NCBI GenBank assembly: GCA_963841915.1
Contig: CAWJEN010000006.1
Coordinates: forward strand, 1,681,384 to 1,745,383
Reading direction: 5' to 3'
Origin: an uncultured Planctomycetota bacterium
GTDB lineage: Bacteria; Planctomycetota; Phycisphaerae; Tepidisphaerales; Tepidisphaeraceae
DNA length: 64,000 bases
The position numbers and the translations under genes were made by a program. Positions 30,003 to 39,759 of the stretch are shown here, in pieces. Under the pieces are notes generated by a model. That model had not been told where the DNA came from. It saw only the letters and a list, made by a program, of their open reading frames with translations, and did no database searches. Numbering within the stretch: the first letter of the stretch is position 1; each line of letters starts with the position of its first letter.

Positions 30003-31184
30003 ATGAAAAAGCAAACACTCGCCGCCTTGGCCCCCGTTGTCGTCGCCGCCTTTGCCGTGCCCGCCTCGGCACAGCTCATCGCTTCCGATAGCTTCATCGT
30101 CGGACCTGGCTCCGACACCTATGACGACGGCTTCGGCAATCGCATCGACACAAACAATGTGATCGTCGGCACAACGGGCTTCTCCCAGCCATTTGTCTCC
30201 GGCAGTGCCAACTTCTTCACCAGTGACATCACGCTCGACGTCCCACCGGCCACTGACAACTACGCCGTCGGTGGCAAGGGTGCCTACGGCGCCAGCAGCT
30301 TCAACGCCTTCCGCCGTGCGTTCCGTGAGCTCGATGCTTACACGCCCGTCGCCAACAGTGGCGGTGACTACTACATGAGCTTCCTCATGAACTCGGGCGG
30401 TTCGTTCCTTGGCAGCGGCCTGACCAACGGCTACGCGCTGGCCGGCTACACGAACTTCTTCGACGTCAACGCATTCGCCAACGTCAGCGGCAGCGCCAAC
30501 GTCTTTGGCCTGCAGGTCGGTTACAAAGGAGACGGCACCGGTGCCGATGACGGCTTCGACGTCGTGCTCCGCGCCCGCGGCCTCAGCGGTGATCTCGAGG
30601 ACACCTTCATCTCCAGCGGCGTCGCCAACCGCGACGACCTCCTCGTCCTGAAGGTCTCACCGACTGCTGCCGAGGATCAGGTCACCTACTGGCTCAACCC
30701 GACGCAAACGACCAGCGACGCGACCTTGACGAGCACCGCTATCGCCAGCGGCTCGGTGGCGACGAACTCGTTCAACACGCCCGGCGACGTCGATCGCTTC
30801 AACGTGCTGACCGCTAACTGGGCCCGCAGCTTGTTCTTCGACGAGCCGCGTTTCGCCTACGACATCGACAGCCTCTTCGACAACCAGACGATGCGTCTAC
30901 CCGGCGATGCCAACAACGACGGCACCGTCAGCATCCTCGACTTCGCCATCCTGCGGGCCAACTTCGGCAGCAACATGGCCACCTTCGACACCGCCGACTT
31001 TAACGGTGACGGCATCGTCAACATTCTCGACTTTGCCATCCTTCGCGCCAACTTCGGCACGAGCCTGACACCGGCCCAGCTGGCCTCGGTCGACGCCTGG
31101 TACGCCACCGTCGTCCCCGAGCCGACCACGCTTGCCTTTGCCGGCCTGGCCGGTCTTGGCCTGCTGCGTCGCCGCCGGGCCTGA
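30003..31184 (+). CDS. PEP-CTERM surface protein with dockerin-like repeat, paralog of upstream gene
   Basis: Shares SSFNAFRR, GYTNFF and FGLQVGYKG with 28970; GDANNDGTVSILDF and ADFNGDGIVNILDF; VPEP-TM-RRRR. Confidence 0.88.
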   Translation: MKKQTLAALAPVVVAAFAVPASAQLIASDSFIVGPGSDTYDDGFGNRIDTNNVIVGTTGFSQPFVSGSANFFTSDITLDVPPATDNYAVGGKGAYGASSFNAFRRAFRELDAYTPVANSGGDYYMSFLMNSGGSFLGSGLTNGYALAGYTNFFDVNAFANVSGSANVFGLQVGYKGDGTGADDGFDVVLRARGLSGDLEDTFISSGVANRDDLLVLKVSPTAAEDQVTYWLNPTQTTSDATLTSTAIASGSVATNSFNTPGDVDRFNVLTANWARSLFFDEPRFAYDIDSLFDNQTMRLPGDANNDGTVSILDFAILRANFGSNMATFDTADFNGDGIVNILDFAILRANFGTSLTPAQLASVDAWYATVVPEPTTLAFAGLAGLGLLRRRRA

Positions 31185-31194
31185 AGCCACACAC

Positions 31195-31224
31195 GCGTGC
31201 GGGGTCCTACCGGGCCCCGCACGC
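31195..31224 (+). other. GC-rich 13-bp stem-loop (mRNA stabiliser or weak terminator)
   Basis: GCGTGCGGGGTCC-TACC-GGGCCCCGCACGC, no U tract. Confidence 0.55.
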
Positions 31225-31258
31225 CATTACAAACCACCCTCGCTCCGAGGACTTGATC

Positions 31259-32239
31259 ATGACTATGACCCCACGCCGTTCATTCCGCACACACGTCCGC
31301 GGTTTCACGCTCGTAGAGCTACTCGTGGTCATCGGCATCATCGCCTTGCTGGTGGGCATTCTGCTGCCGACGCTGAGTCGGGCCAGGCAGTCGGCGAGCG
31401 ACGTTGCATGTGCTAGCAACATGCGTCAGCTCGCGGTGTCGATGACGAACTACTCGATCGACTTCAACTCGAAGTATTCGACGAACCTGTACAACGTTCC
31501 ACGTGATCCGGCCAACCCATTCGCGGGTGAAGGACCGCTCGAATGGGCAAGTGCTGATCGCATCGGCATTTATCTGCCCAAGGACGACCTGGCCGCCGGT
31601 ACGGACAACCTGCTCGGCGGTATCTTCGTCTGCCCGTCGGACGAGGCCGAGGCGCTGCGGTCCTACGGCATGAACACCTTCGCCAGTAGTGACCTGCATA
31701 AAGGCGCAATTGGGCCGGACTCCAACGGCTACACGGGACTGCGCCTGGATGAATACAACGCACTCGTCGGCAACGTACAAGCTTCGACCGGGTTGCCGCG
31801 CGGTTCGCAGTGGAACTCGACGGTCTCTGATCCGACGAGCATGATCCTCTTTGGAGAGACTTGGCAGATCGCGTCGGATGCCGCTGGCACCTATGGGCGT
31901 GTCATCATCGGCGGATCGCACGGCATAACGCCCGCCGAAAAGTTCATCCAAGTGGTCTCGACAGCTCCCTACCCGAACACAGGCACACTGGCCCCTGGTC
32001 GCGTCGCAACCGACATCGACTACTCGCGTCACGGCCGCGACACTCCGGAGCCGACGCAGCCGCAAGTCAAAGGCGCAGCAGCAAACTTCGTCTTCGCTGA
32101 CGGCCACGTCGAGAAGCTTGACTCCACCGCCTTGGCCATCGTTAACGATCCGTCTGACCCGACCACCTGGATCAGCACCGGCAAAGCCAAGTGGTCACCG
32201 CTCGACGTCAAACTTACGGAGTACGAAGCATCGCGTTGA
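31259..32239 (+). CDS. Prepilin-type N-terminal cleavage/methylation protein with H-Xn-DG C-terminal motif (DUF1559-like)
   Basis: [30 protein letters not shown] and RH..ANFVFADGHV. Confidence 0.9.
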   Translation: MTMTPRRSFRTHVRGFTLVELLVVIGIIALLVGILLPTLSRARQSASDVACASNMRQLAVSMTNYSIDFNSKYSTNLYNVPRDPANPFAGEGPLEWASADRIGIYLPKDDLAAGTDNLLGGIFVCPSDEAEALRSYGMNTFASSDLHKGAIGPDSNGYTGLRLDEYNALVGNVQASTGLPRGSQWNSTVSDPTSMILFGETWQIASDAAGTYGRVIIGGSHGITPAEKFIQVVSTAPYPNTGTLAPGRVATDIDYSRHGRDTPEPTQPQVKGAAANFVFADGHVEKLDSTALAIVNDPSDPTTWISTGKAKWSPLDVKLTEYEASR

Positions 32240-32287
32240 GTGTGACGCTGCAGTGCGAGTTGGGCGAAGTGCGATGTCGCAGAACGT

Positions 32288-33628
32288 TTGATCTTGTCAC
32301 ACGCCTCTCCAGCTGATTTCGCCCCGCCGCGACTGCCGTCGCGACGGGGCGTTTTGTTGGCCGCGACCGCCGCAGCGGTGGGCGGCATCGGTGGTGGCTG
32401 CGCCTCGAAGACCTCAGGCCGTGTTACGCTTGACCTTTGGACGTGGGCGCTCAAGCCGTTCTTCAACGACCTCATCAACGCCGCCATCGCCGAATTTGAA
32501 GCGCAGCATCCGACGCTTCGCGTGCGGTGGACGGACATTGCTGCCGACGCGATGCGGCGGAAGGTGTTTGCCGCCGGTGCCGCCGAGACACTGCCGGATG
32601 TAATCAACTTTTCCGATCAGCACTTTGCGCAGTTCGCCAAGCTCGACGCGTTGCATGAGCTAAGCGACATCGTGCCCGGCGACCCGGCGGCCCGGTACAT
32701 CGCAGGCGCGCTCGAGCCGTGCTTCGTCGACAGCAGACTGCTCGCGCTGCCTTGGTATCTCTCGACGACCGTGCGTGTGATGAACGTGCCGATGCTCGCC
32801 GATGGTGGCCTCACGCCCGACACCGTCGGCGGTGACTGGCAGACGCTGCTCGACCAGGCCCGCCCGTTCCAGGAAAAGACGGGCAAGCACCTCTTTACGC
32901 TGCAGCTCGGCGACCGCAGCGACCTGCTGCCCATGATGCTCGCCGACGGCATCGACCTGCTGATGCCCCGCGACAAAGGCGGCGCCGTGGCCGACCTGAC
33001 GCGGCCGCAGATCTCCAGCTTCGTCAAAACTTGGGCCGACGCCTACGCCGACGGCACCTTGCCACGCTCGTGCGCTACGGGTGGTTATCAGGCGATGGTG
33101 CTCGAGATGTCCGAAGGCAACGTCGCGCTCATCAACGCCAACGCGCTCAAGAGTATCGCGTCAGATGCGCCGCAGATTTACAGGCAGTTAGCCGTCGGCC
33201 CCGGCGTCGTGGGCAGGCTCGGCATTCCAGGCGTCGCCGTCGCTCACATGTCCGTCACCCGCAAGTCGCAGCACCCGCGTGAGGCGGCGTTGCTCGCCTG
33301 GCACCTGACGAATCCGCAGTGGCAGACGGAACTGGCGCTTCAAGCCGGGCGAGCACCCAGCACGATCGAAAGCCTGGCGGACGAGCGTTGGATTGCCACG
33401 ACCGACGACCCGCAAGCCATTGCAACTGAGATGGACATCAGTCAGGTCAGCCGAGCCCGTGCCTTTGCCCCGGCGACCGGCACCTGGCCCGATCTTCGTC
33501 GCGTGTTCGACGAGGCGATGAAGCGCGTGCTGCTGTCGGATGAAGCCGTCGACGATGCGCTGCAACAAGTCGAGCGGGAGTGGAACCGCATCCTCCGAGC
33601 CGACGCGGCAGGGGAGCCCTACGCGTGA
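32288..33628 (+). CDS. Sugar ABC transporter substrate-binding protein (Tat lipoprotein-like)
   Basis: SRRGVL..GGC signal; LPDVI and ALPWY; followed by two permeases. Confidence 0.85.
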   Translation: MILSHASPADFAPPRLPSRRGVLLAATAAAVGGIGGGCASKTSGRVTLDLWTWALKPFFNDLINAAIAEFEAQHPTLRVRWTDIAADAMRRKVFAAGAAETLPDVINFSDQHFAQFAKLDALHELSDIVPGDPAARYIAGALEPCFVDSRLLALPWYLSTTVRVMNVPMLADGGLTPDTVGGDWQTLLDQARPFQEKTGKHLFTLQLGDRSDLLPMMLADGIDLLMPRDKGGAVADLTRPQISSFVKTWADAYADGTLPRSCATGGYQAMVLEMSEGNVALINANALKSIASDAPQIYRQLAVGPGVVGRLGIPGVAVAHMSVTRKSQHPREAALLAWHLTNPQWQTELALQAGRAPSTIESLADERWIATTDDPQAIATEMDISQVSRARAFAPATGTWPDLRRVFDEAMKRVLLSDEAVDDALQQVEREWNRILRADAAGEPYA

Positions 33629-33659
33629 GCAACGTCGATCATCCAGACGCGCCCGCGCC

Positions 33660-34721
33660 TTGGTCCCACCGACCGCCGGCCTGACGACACCAGAGGCACA
33701 GGATGATCCTGCATCTTCAGGCAACGATGTTGCTCGTCGAGACGAGTCCGTTGGCAAGCGTGAGGAACAGCAGACTAGTGAACAGGCGGACCGGCGGTCC
33801 GCGGGACCGCGGCTCGGGGACGATCTGCAGCGCCAGCATCGTGCGCTGCGGCCACACTCGACCGTCGCGCCGTACCTGTTCCTCGCCCCGGCGATGATCG
33901 TGCTCGGCCTGTTCGTTATCTGGGCGTTTGTGCAGGTCGCATTCCTGTCGTTCACGCGCGTCGACCTCTTCGGCGACGGCCCGCTCATCAGCCGCATCGA
34001 ATGGGTCGGCCTCGACAACTACGCCCGCGTGCTCAGCAGCAGCCGGTTCTGGTGGGCATTGGTCAACAGCTTCCTGTACCTGCTCGTCACGCCTGCCGTA
34101 ATGGCCGTGTCGCTTCTTGCGGCGATGACGGTGCACAGCGGCCTGCGTGGCACGGGGCCGTGGCTGCGGGCGTTGCTGTTCCTACCCGTCGTCACGCCGA
34201 CCATCGTCGCGGCCATCGCGTGGCGCGTCTTGTTCAACGAGCAAGGCGGCCTGCTGAACAACACGCTCGGCGGTGTCGGCATCGACCCGGTGCCATGGCT
34301 CACAAGCTGGCCTTGGATCCTCGTGACGGCGATGGTTGTCACGCTCTGGAAGGGCTTCGGCTACTACATGATGATCTTTTTGGCGGGCCTGATGGCTGTG
34401 CCGCGGGAGCTTGAAGAGGCGGCCGGCATTGACGGTGCCGGGCGGTGGGGCACGTTCCGGCACGTCACGCTGCCGAGCCTGCGGCCGGTGCTCGTGCTGG
34501 TGCTCGTCATCAGTTCCATCGGTGCTCTGAAGGTCTTCGACGAGCTGTACGTCGTCGCCAAAGGCGCTGCCGCCGAGAGCAAGACGGCCGTGCCGCTGAT
34601 CTATGAAACGGCCTTCGAGGGCGGCAACTTCGGCATGGCCAGCGCGGTCGGCGTCTGCCTGTTCCTCGTCTTGCTCGCGTTCTCGCTCGTCAATCTTCGC
34701 CTGACACGGGAGGCCGATTGA
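33660..34721 (+). CDS. Carbohydrate ABC transporter permease
   Basis: YLFLAP, VGLDNY and EAA loop LEEAAGIDGA. Start uncertain; a possible indel near 33658 would join it to a GTG at 33625. Confidence 0.85.
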   Translation: MVPPTAGLTTPEAQDDPASSGNDVARRDESVGKREEQQTSEQADRRSAGPRLGDDLQRQHRALRPHSTVAPYLFLAPAMIVLGLFVIWAFVQVAFLSFTRVDLFGDGPLISRIEWVGLDNYARVLSSSRFWWALVNSFLYLLVTPAVMAVSLLAAMTVHSGLRGTGPWLRALLFLPVVTPTIVAAIAWRVLFNEQGGLLNNTLGGVGIDPVPWLTSWPWILVTAMVVTLWKGFGYYMMIFLAGLMAVPRELEEAAGIDGAGRWGTFRHVTLPSLRPVLVLVLVISSIGALKVFDELYVVAKGAAAESKTAVPLIYETAFEGGNFGMASAVGVCLFLVLLAFSLVNLRLTREAD

Positions 34722-35542
34722 ACACCGAGCGGCCGACGAGTCTGAAGACGGTGTACTACGTGCTCGCGTTGCTGCTGGCGATCCTGGCGGCAGGGCCGGC
34801 GTTGTGGTTGCTGAACGTCGCGTTGCAGCCGCGCTCGATCGGAGTGTCGCAACTCACGCCGCCAAGCCAGTGGACGCTGGACAACTTCAAAGGCGTCATC
34901 CGCGAGGCCGGCATTTGGCGGCCGATGCTCAACAGCGTCATCGTCACGCTGTGCCAGACCGTGCTGAACGTGCTGCTGGCCGCGCTGGCCGCTTATCCGC
35001 TGGCCCGCATGAAGTTTCGTGGCCGCGACACGCTATTCGTCCTGGTCCTGGCGACGCTGATGGTGCCTGAGCAGGTGACGGTCGTCCCGCTGTTCGTGAC
35101 GATCAGCGACATGGGCTTGTACGACACACTTATCGCCGTCTTCTTGCCGTTCAGCGTGACGGCGTTCGGCATCTATCTATGCCGTCAAGCCTTCCTCGGC
35201 GTGCCCGAATCGCTCGAAGAGGCGGCCCGCATGGACGGCGCGTCGAGCCTCGGCGTGTGGTGGCACGTGATGCTCCCGCTGAGCCGCCCGACGCTGGCGA
35301 CGCTGGCGGTCTTTAGCGTCATCGGTGCGTGGAGCAATCTGCTCTGGCCGCTGATCGTTTTGCAGCGTGAGGAGAATCACACGCTGCCCGTGGCCATCAA
35401 CACGCTGCTGGGCGTCTTTGCGACGAACCCGCGATACGCCTACGCGGCCAGCGTCATCGCGCTCGTGCCGATGGTGATCGTTTACCTGCTGATGCAACGC
35501 TGGTTGACCAAAGGCCTGCTCGCCGGCGCAGTCAAGGGCTGA
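34718..35542 (+). CDS. Carbohydrate ABC transporter permease
   Basis: AAYPLARM, LEEAARMDGA and GAVKG C-terminus. Confidence 0.92.
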   Translation: MNTERPTSLKTVYYVLALLLAILAAGPALWLLNVALQPRSIGVSQLTPPSQWTLDNFKGVIREAGIWRPMLNSVIVTLCQTVLNVLLAALAAYPLARMKFRGRDTLFVLVLATLMVPEQVTVVPLFVTISDMGLYDTLIAVFLPFSVTAFGIYLCRQAFLGVPESLEEAARMDGASSLGVWWHVMLPLSRPTLATLAVFSVIGAWSNLLWPLIVLQREENHTLPVAINTLLGVFATNPRYAYAASVIALVPMVIVYLLMQRWLTKGLLAGAVKG

Positions 35543-35587
35543 CGAACGACTCCCGTCGACTATCAGAACCGTCTCTAGAACCCTGTC

Positions 35588-36406
35588 ATGAATGTGAACG
35601 AACTTGCCGTCTGCTCCTGGTCACTTCAGCCGAACGGTGTCGACGACCTTATCGCCAAGGTTGCAGCGACGGGGCTCTGTCGTGTGCAGTTGCACCTCAA
35701 CCCGCTTGGCACCCAAGGCTGGGCCGATACGCCCGCACGACTCGAGGCGGCCGGCGTTGACGTTGTCAGTGGTATGGTCGAGTGCGTAGGCGAAGACTAC
35801 AGCTCGATTGTCGCCATCACGCGAACCGGCGGTGTTGTACCAGACGAGACGTGGCCGGCGACCTTTGCGGCGATGCAGGCCGCAGCTGAGCACGCGAAGT
35901 CGATGAAGCTGGATCTCGTGACATTTCATGCCGGCTTCATTCCGCACGACGCCGCCGACGCGACGGCGGTCAAGATTGTCGGGCGGCTGCGCGAGGTGGC
36001 CGACGTCTTTGCCGCTGTCAAATGCCGCGTCGCCTTGGAGACGGGGCAGGAGTCAGCCGACGCTTTGCTTGCCCTTCTCGACGAGATCGACCGCGAGGAT
36101 GTGGGCGTCAACTTCGACCCGGCAAACATGATCCTTTACGGCAGCGGTGAACCCATTTCCGCCCTGCGAGCGCTCCTGCCACGCGTTCGGCAAATTCACC
36201 TTAAGGATGCCAAGGCTTCTACCAAACCGGGCGATGATTGGGGCGACGAAGTCGTCGTCGGCGAGGGCGAAGTCGATTGGTCTGCTTTCTTCACGACGAT
36301 CAAGAACAGCTCGTTTTCCGGCAACTTCTGCATCGAACGCGAGGCGGGCGAATCCCGAGTGGCCGACGTGTCACAGGCGGTGCGATACATGAGGGCTAAG
36401 TCCTGA
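35588..36406 (+). CDS. Sugar phosphate isomerase/epimerase (TIM barrel)
   Basis: LETGQE, NFDPANM, HLKD and IERE. Confidence 0.88.
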   Translation: MNVNELAVCSWSLQPNGVDDLIAKVAATGLCRVQLHLNPLGTQGWADTPARLEAAGVDVVSGMVECVGEDYSSIVAITRTGGVVPDETWPATFAAMQAAAEHAKSMKLDLVTFHAGFIPHDAADATAVKIVGRLREVADVFAAVKCRVALETGQESADALLALLDEIDREDVGVNFDPANMILYGSGEPISALRALLPRVRQIHLKDAKASTKPGDDWGDEVVVGEGEVDWSAFFTTIKNSSFSGNFCIEREAGESRVADVSQAVRYMRAKS

Positions 36407-36415
36407 TACAACATC

Positions 36416-39400
36416 GTGCCGATGCTCCCGCAGACCCCGTTCCAGCAGTTTCTCGCACCGCGAATCGCCACCGTCCGCCGCCGACTTGGCGAAATGATCT
36501 GGCACGTTGAGGCCGACGTCACCGAGATCAAGCAGTCCCAGCCGACGCACGAGCATCGACCGGTCACTGACGTGGCTGAGTCGTCGTTCAACTTGATCGA
36601 CAACCTGCCAATGACGTGGGGCCGCAAGCACCAGCAATGCTGGTGGCATGTGAAGCTGCCAGCCTTTGAGGGCCGCAGATGGTTGCGTTGGGACGATGAG
36701 GGTGAGGCGACGCTTTATCGCCGCGACGGCGACGGCGACGGCACTTGGACGCCGCACCACGGCATCGACCCCGGTCACCTGCAGGCACCGCTACCGGATG
36801 ACGCGACCGAGCTGCTTGTCGAAAGCATCTGCTGTCGTTCAGGCGTCTGGGTGCACGGCGAATCGCAAGGCCTCAGCCACGAGGGCAGTCAATTCCGCGG
36901 GGCCAAGCTGCTGTCACGCGACGAGGGAGCCTGGCGTGCCTGGCATGACTTCGACGTGCTCATTGGCCTGTGCGCGCTTCTGTACAAGCGAACCCTGCCA
37001 CGGCCGTACGGGCCGAATGCCGGCAACGACATCGGCATGAGCGGGGGCGAACTGTTTGGTGCTGGTGGTTATCGCAGCCCGATTGAATCTGCACCGCCGC
37101 TGCTTCGCAAGATCCTTCGTGGCCTGACTGCCGCCGCAGACGCATTCGATCGTGAAGGCCCCGCCGCCGCCGCAGACGTGTCGACGGCGCTGCTGGCCGA
37201 CCTCCCGGCCGCCGATCATGAGATCAAGGGCATCATCACCGGTCACGCCCACATCGATCTCGCCTGGCTCTGGCCGGAACGCGTCGGCGACTTCAAGGCC
37301 GTCCACTCGTTTGCCACGGCAGACGCGCTCATGAGCGAGTACCCGGACATGCACTTCGGCTACAGCCAGCCGGCGAGCTACGAAGCGGTGGAGCGTCGCT
37401 CGCCGTCGCTGCTGGAGCGGGTGAAGACGCGGTGCAAAGACCGCGGCCGGTGGGAGCCCACTGGTGCAATGTACGTCGAAAGCGACACGCAGCTGCCCTG
37501 CGGTGAGGCGCTGGTCCGCGCGATCGAGATCGGACAAGAAGGCTTTGCTGATCTTAGCGGCGAAGAAAGTCGCGTGTTGTGGTTGCCCGATGTCTTCGGC
37601 TACTCGGCGGTGATGCCCCAACTCCTCAGCGGCTTCGACGTGCCTTACTTCTTTACGACCAAGATGCACTGGTCTGCTGCGACGCGTTTCCCGCACTCGG
37701 CCTTCCGCTGGCAAAGCAACGACGGCAGCGAGGTGCTCGGCTTCATCGCCTGGGAGCATTACAACCTCGCTGCCACGCCTCGCGAGCTTGATTGGGCATC
37801 GACAAACCAGCGTCAATCCGACGTTTTTCCTGAAACCCTCGTCTGTGTTGGTTACGGCGACGGTGGTGGCGGCGTAAACGCGACGATGTGCGAACGCATC
37901 AACCGCATGGCCGACCTTGCTGAATTGCCGCGATGTGAGTGGGGCCGCATCGATAGCTTCTTTGACCGCATGAGCGAGGTCACGAGCGACCTGCCGACAT
38001 GGCGGGGCGAAATGTACCTCGAGTATCACCGCGGCGTGCAGACGACGCACGTGCACCTCAAGCAGGCCTACCGCGCCGCCGAGCGTGCGCTGCAGGTCGC
38101 CGAAGCCGTCCGCTGTGCAACTGGTGGCGGGCCGGTCGACGTGCACGACTGGAAGCGCGTCTGCTGGACGCAGTTCCACGACGTGCTGCCCGGCAGCAGC
38201 ATTCAGGAGGTCTACCAAGAGATCGTGCCTGAACTGCACGGCATCACCGATCGTCTGCTAACCCAAGCCGCAAGCGAACTTGGTGGCGACGGCGAAGCAT
38301 GCGTCTTCAACCCGATTGCCTGCGAGCGGGTCGAGGTCATCGACGGCAGAGCCGTCTTGTTGCCACCGCTCGCCGGTGTGGCACTTAATGAGCTAGAAGC
38401 CGTCGACGCCGCTGTGGTCATGCGTGACGGCAAGACGCTCGACAACGGTCGCGTCCGCGTTACGTTTGACGATGATGGTCACGTCGCGTCGCTTTGGGTC
38501 GACGGCGAAGCGGTCGAACTTGCGGGACGGGCGTGTGGCCTGCTGAGCTTCGCCGACGTGCCGGCAAACTACGACGCCTGGGAAGTCGAGCGATATACGT
38601 TGTCGCTCGGCGTCGAGGAAGCCAGGCCGGCAGACCTCTCGTGGACGGGCGATGACGCTCGCCAAGAGCTTGCCGTCACTCGGCCCGTCGGCAGCAAGAG
38701 CACCGCGACGACGCGCTTCATCCTCGAAGCCGCCAGCGCGGTGCTACGCGTTGAGGTTGACCTCGACCTGCAGGACGAGCAGACGCTGATCAAGCTCACC
38801 GTCCCGACGAAGTACGACGCGGCCGATGCGGTCTACGGCGGTCCGTTCGGCAGCGTCACGCGTGGCCAAAGCGGCAACACGGTCGCCGATGACGCACGAT
38901 TCGAAGTGCCGGCCAGCCGCTGGATGTGCGTAGGCGACGCGGGTGGCGCGGGTGTGATGCTCTTGACCGAGGCCACCTACGGCGCCGGTTGCCGCGATGG
39001 CCTGCTCCACGTCTCGCTCGCCCGCTCGGCCCTCATCACAAGGCACGACCAGGATCTTCACTTGCGTGACTTCGACGCATACGGCGAAGGCGGCTATCAG
39101 AAGTGCAGCGACATCGGCAAGCACACGATCAAGCTGGCGATTGGTCGATTTAACCCGGCGGCGAAGCGCCGCGAGCAGCCGGCGCAGCTCGCAGACCTGC
39201 TCTTCACGCCGGCAATTGCTTACACGGGCAAGCCGGTGTCGGCAGGACTGGAGCGTCTTGAGGACATGCCGTCAGTCGCCGCCGCCTGGGCCAAGCCTGA
39301 GGCCGACGGCTGGACGCTTCGTCTCCACGAAACGCTCGGCCGCCGTGGATCAATTCGCCCCCGGCTCACAAGTGCCACGATGACACGCGTCGACCTGCGC

Positions 39401-39484
39401 GGCGAACCGTCAGGCGATACTGAAAATGCGACCATTGTCAAGCCGCACGATCTCGTATCGCTCCGGATGGTGCGTTGCTCCTAA
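36416..39484 (+). CDS. GH38 alpha-mannosidase
   Basis: GHAHIDLAWLW, WLPDVFGY, GYGDGGGG, EMYLEYHRG and QFHDVLPGSSI. Confidence 0.93.
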   Translation: MPMLPQTPFQQFLAPRIATVRRRLGEMIWHVEADVTEIKQSQPTHEHRPVTDVAESSFNLIDNLPMTWGRKHQQCWWHVKLPAFEGRRWLRWDDEGEATLYRRDGDGDGTWTPHHGIDPGHLQAPLPDDATELLVESICCRSGVWVHGESQGLSHEGSQFRGAKLLSRDEGAWRAWHDFDVLIGLCALLYKRTLPRPYGPNAGNDIGMSGGELFGAGGYRSPIESAPPLLRKILRGLTAAADAFDREGPAAAADVSTALLADLPAADHEIKGIITGHAHIDLAWLWPERVGDFKAVHSFATADALMSEYPDMHFGYSQPASYEAVERRSPSLLERVKTRCKDRGRWEPTGAMYVESDTQLPCGEALVRAIEIGQEGFADLSGEESRVLWLPDVFGYSAVMPQLLSGFDVPYFFTTKMHWSAATRFPHSAFRWQSNDGSEVLGFIAWEHYNLAATPRELDWASTNQRQSDVFPETLVCVGYGDGGGGVNATMCERINRMADLAELPRCEWGRIDSFFDRMSEVTSDLPTWRGEMYLEYHRGVQTTHVHLKQAYRAAERALQVAEAVRCATGGGPVDVHDWKRVCWTQFHDVLPGSSIQEVYQEIVPELHGITDRLLTQAASELGGDGEACVFNPIACERVEVIDGRAVLLPPLAGVALNELEAVDAAVVMRDGKTLDNGRVRVTFDDDGHVASLWVDGEAVELAGRACGLLSFADVPANYDAWEVERYTLSLGVEEARPADLSWTGDDARQELAVTRPVGSKSTATTRFILEAASAVLRVEVDLDLQDEQTLIKLTVPTKYDAADAVYGGPFGSVTRGQSGNTVADDARFEVPASRWMCVGDAGGAGVMLLTEATYGAGCRDGLLHVSLARSALITRHDQDLHLRDFDAYGEGGYQKCSDIGKHTIKLAIGRFNPAAKRREQPAQLADLLFTPAIAYTGKPVSAGLERLEDMPSVAAAWAKPEADGWTLRLHETLGRRGSIRPRLTSATMTRVDLRGEPSGDTENATIVKPHDLVSLRMVRCS

Positions 39485-39759
39485 CCCGCTGTAGCGGGCG
39501 GCGTGGCCGACACGAGGCATGCGGGAGGCCGGTTATCTGACCCGTTGCTTCGAGAAGCTGCACCACACGCCAGCCGACGATACCCAACGCCTCAGGATCC
39601 ACCTGCAGATGGAAGAGGAACAACTTGAGCGGATGACCATCATCTTCTCGGCCGACGGCGGAGACATGCTGGTCGATGTCGACCTGAGCCGTTCCCGTAC
39701 CCGCAGCAGCACGGTACAGGCCGGCATACAAGGAAGCATCGCCGCCCGAAGCGTGGGGG

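Noticed and set aside
36400..36412. Fourth operator copy before the GH38 (TCCTGATACAAC)
   Set aside because: Only 8/12 match and overlaps a stop codon; too weak
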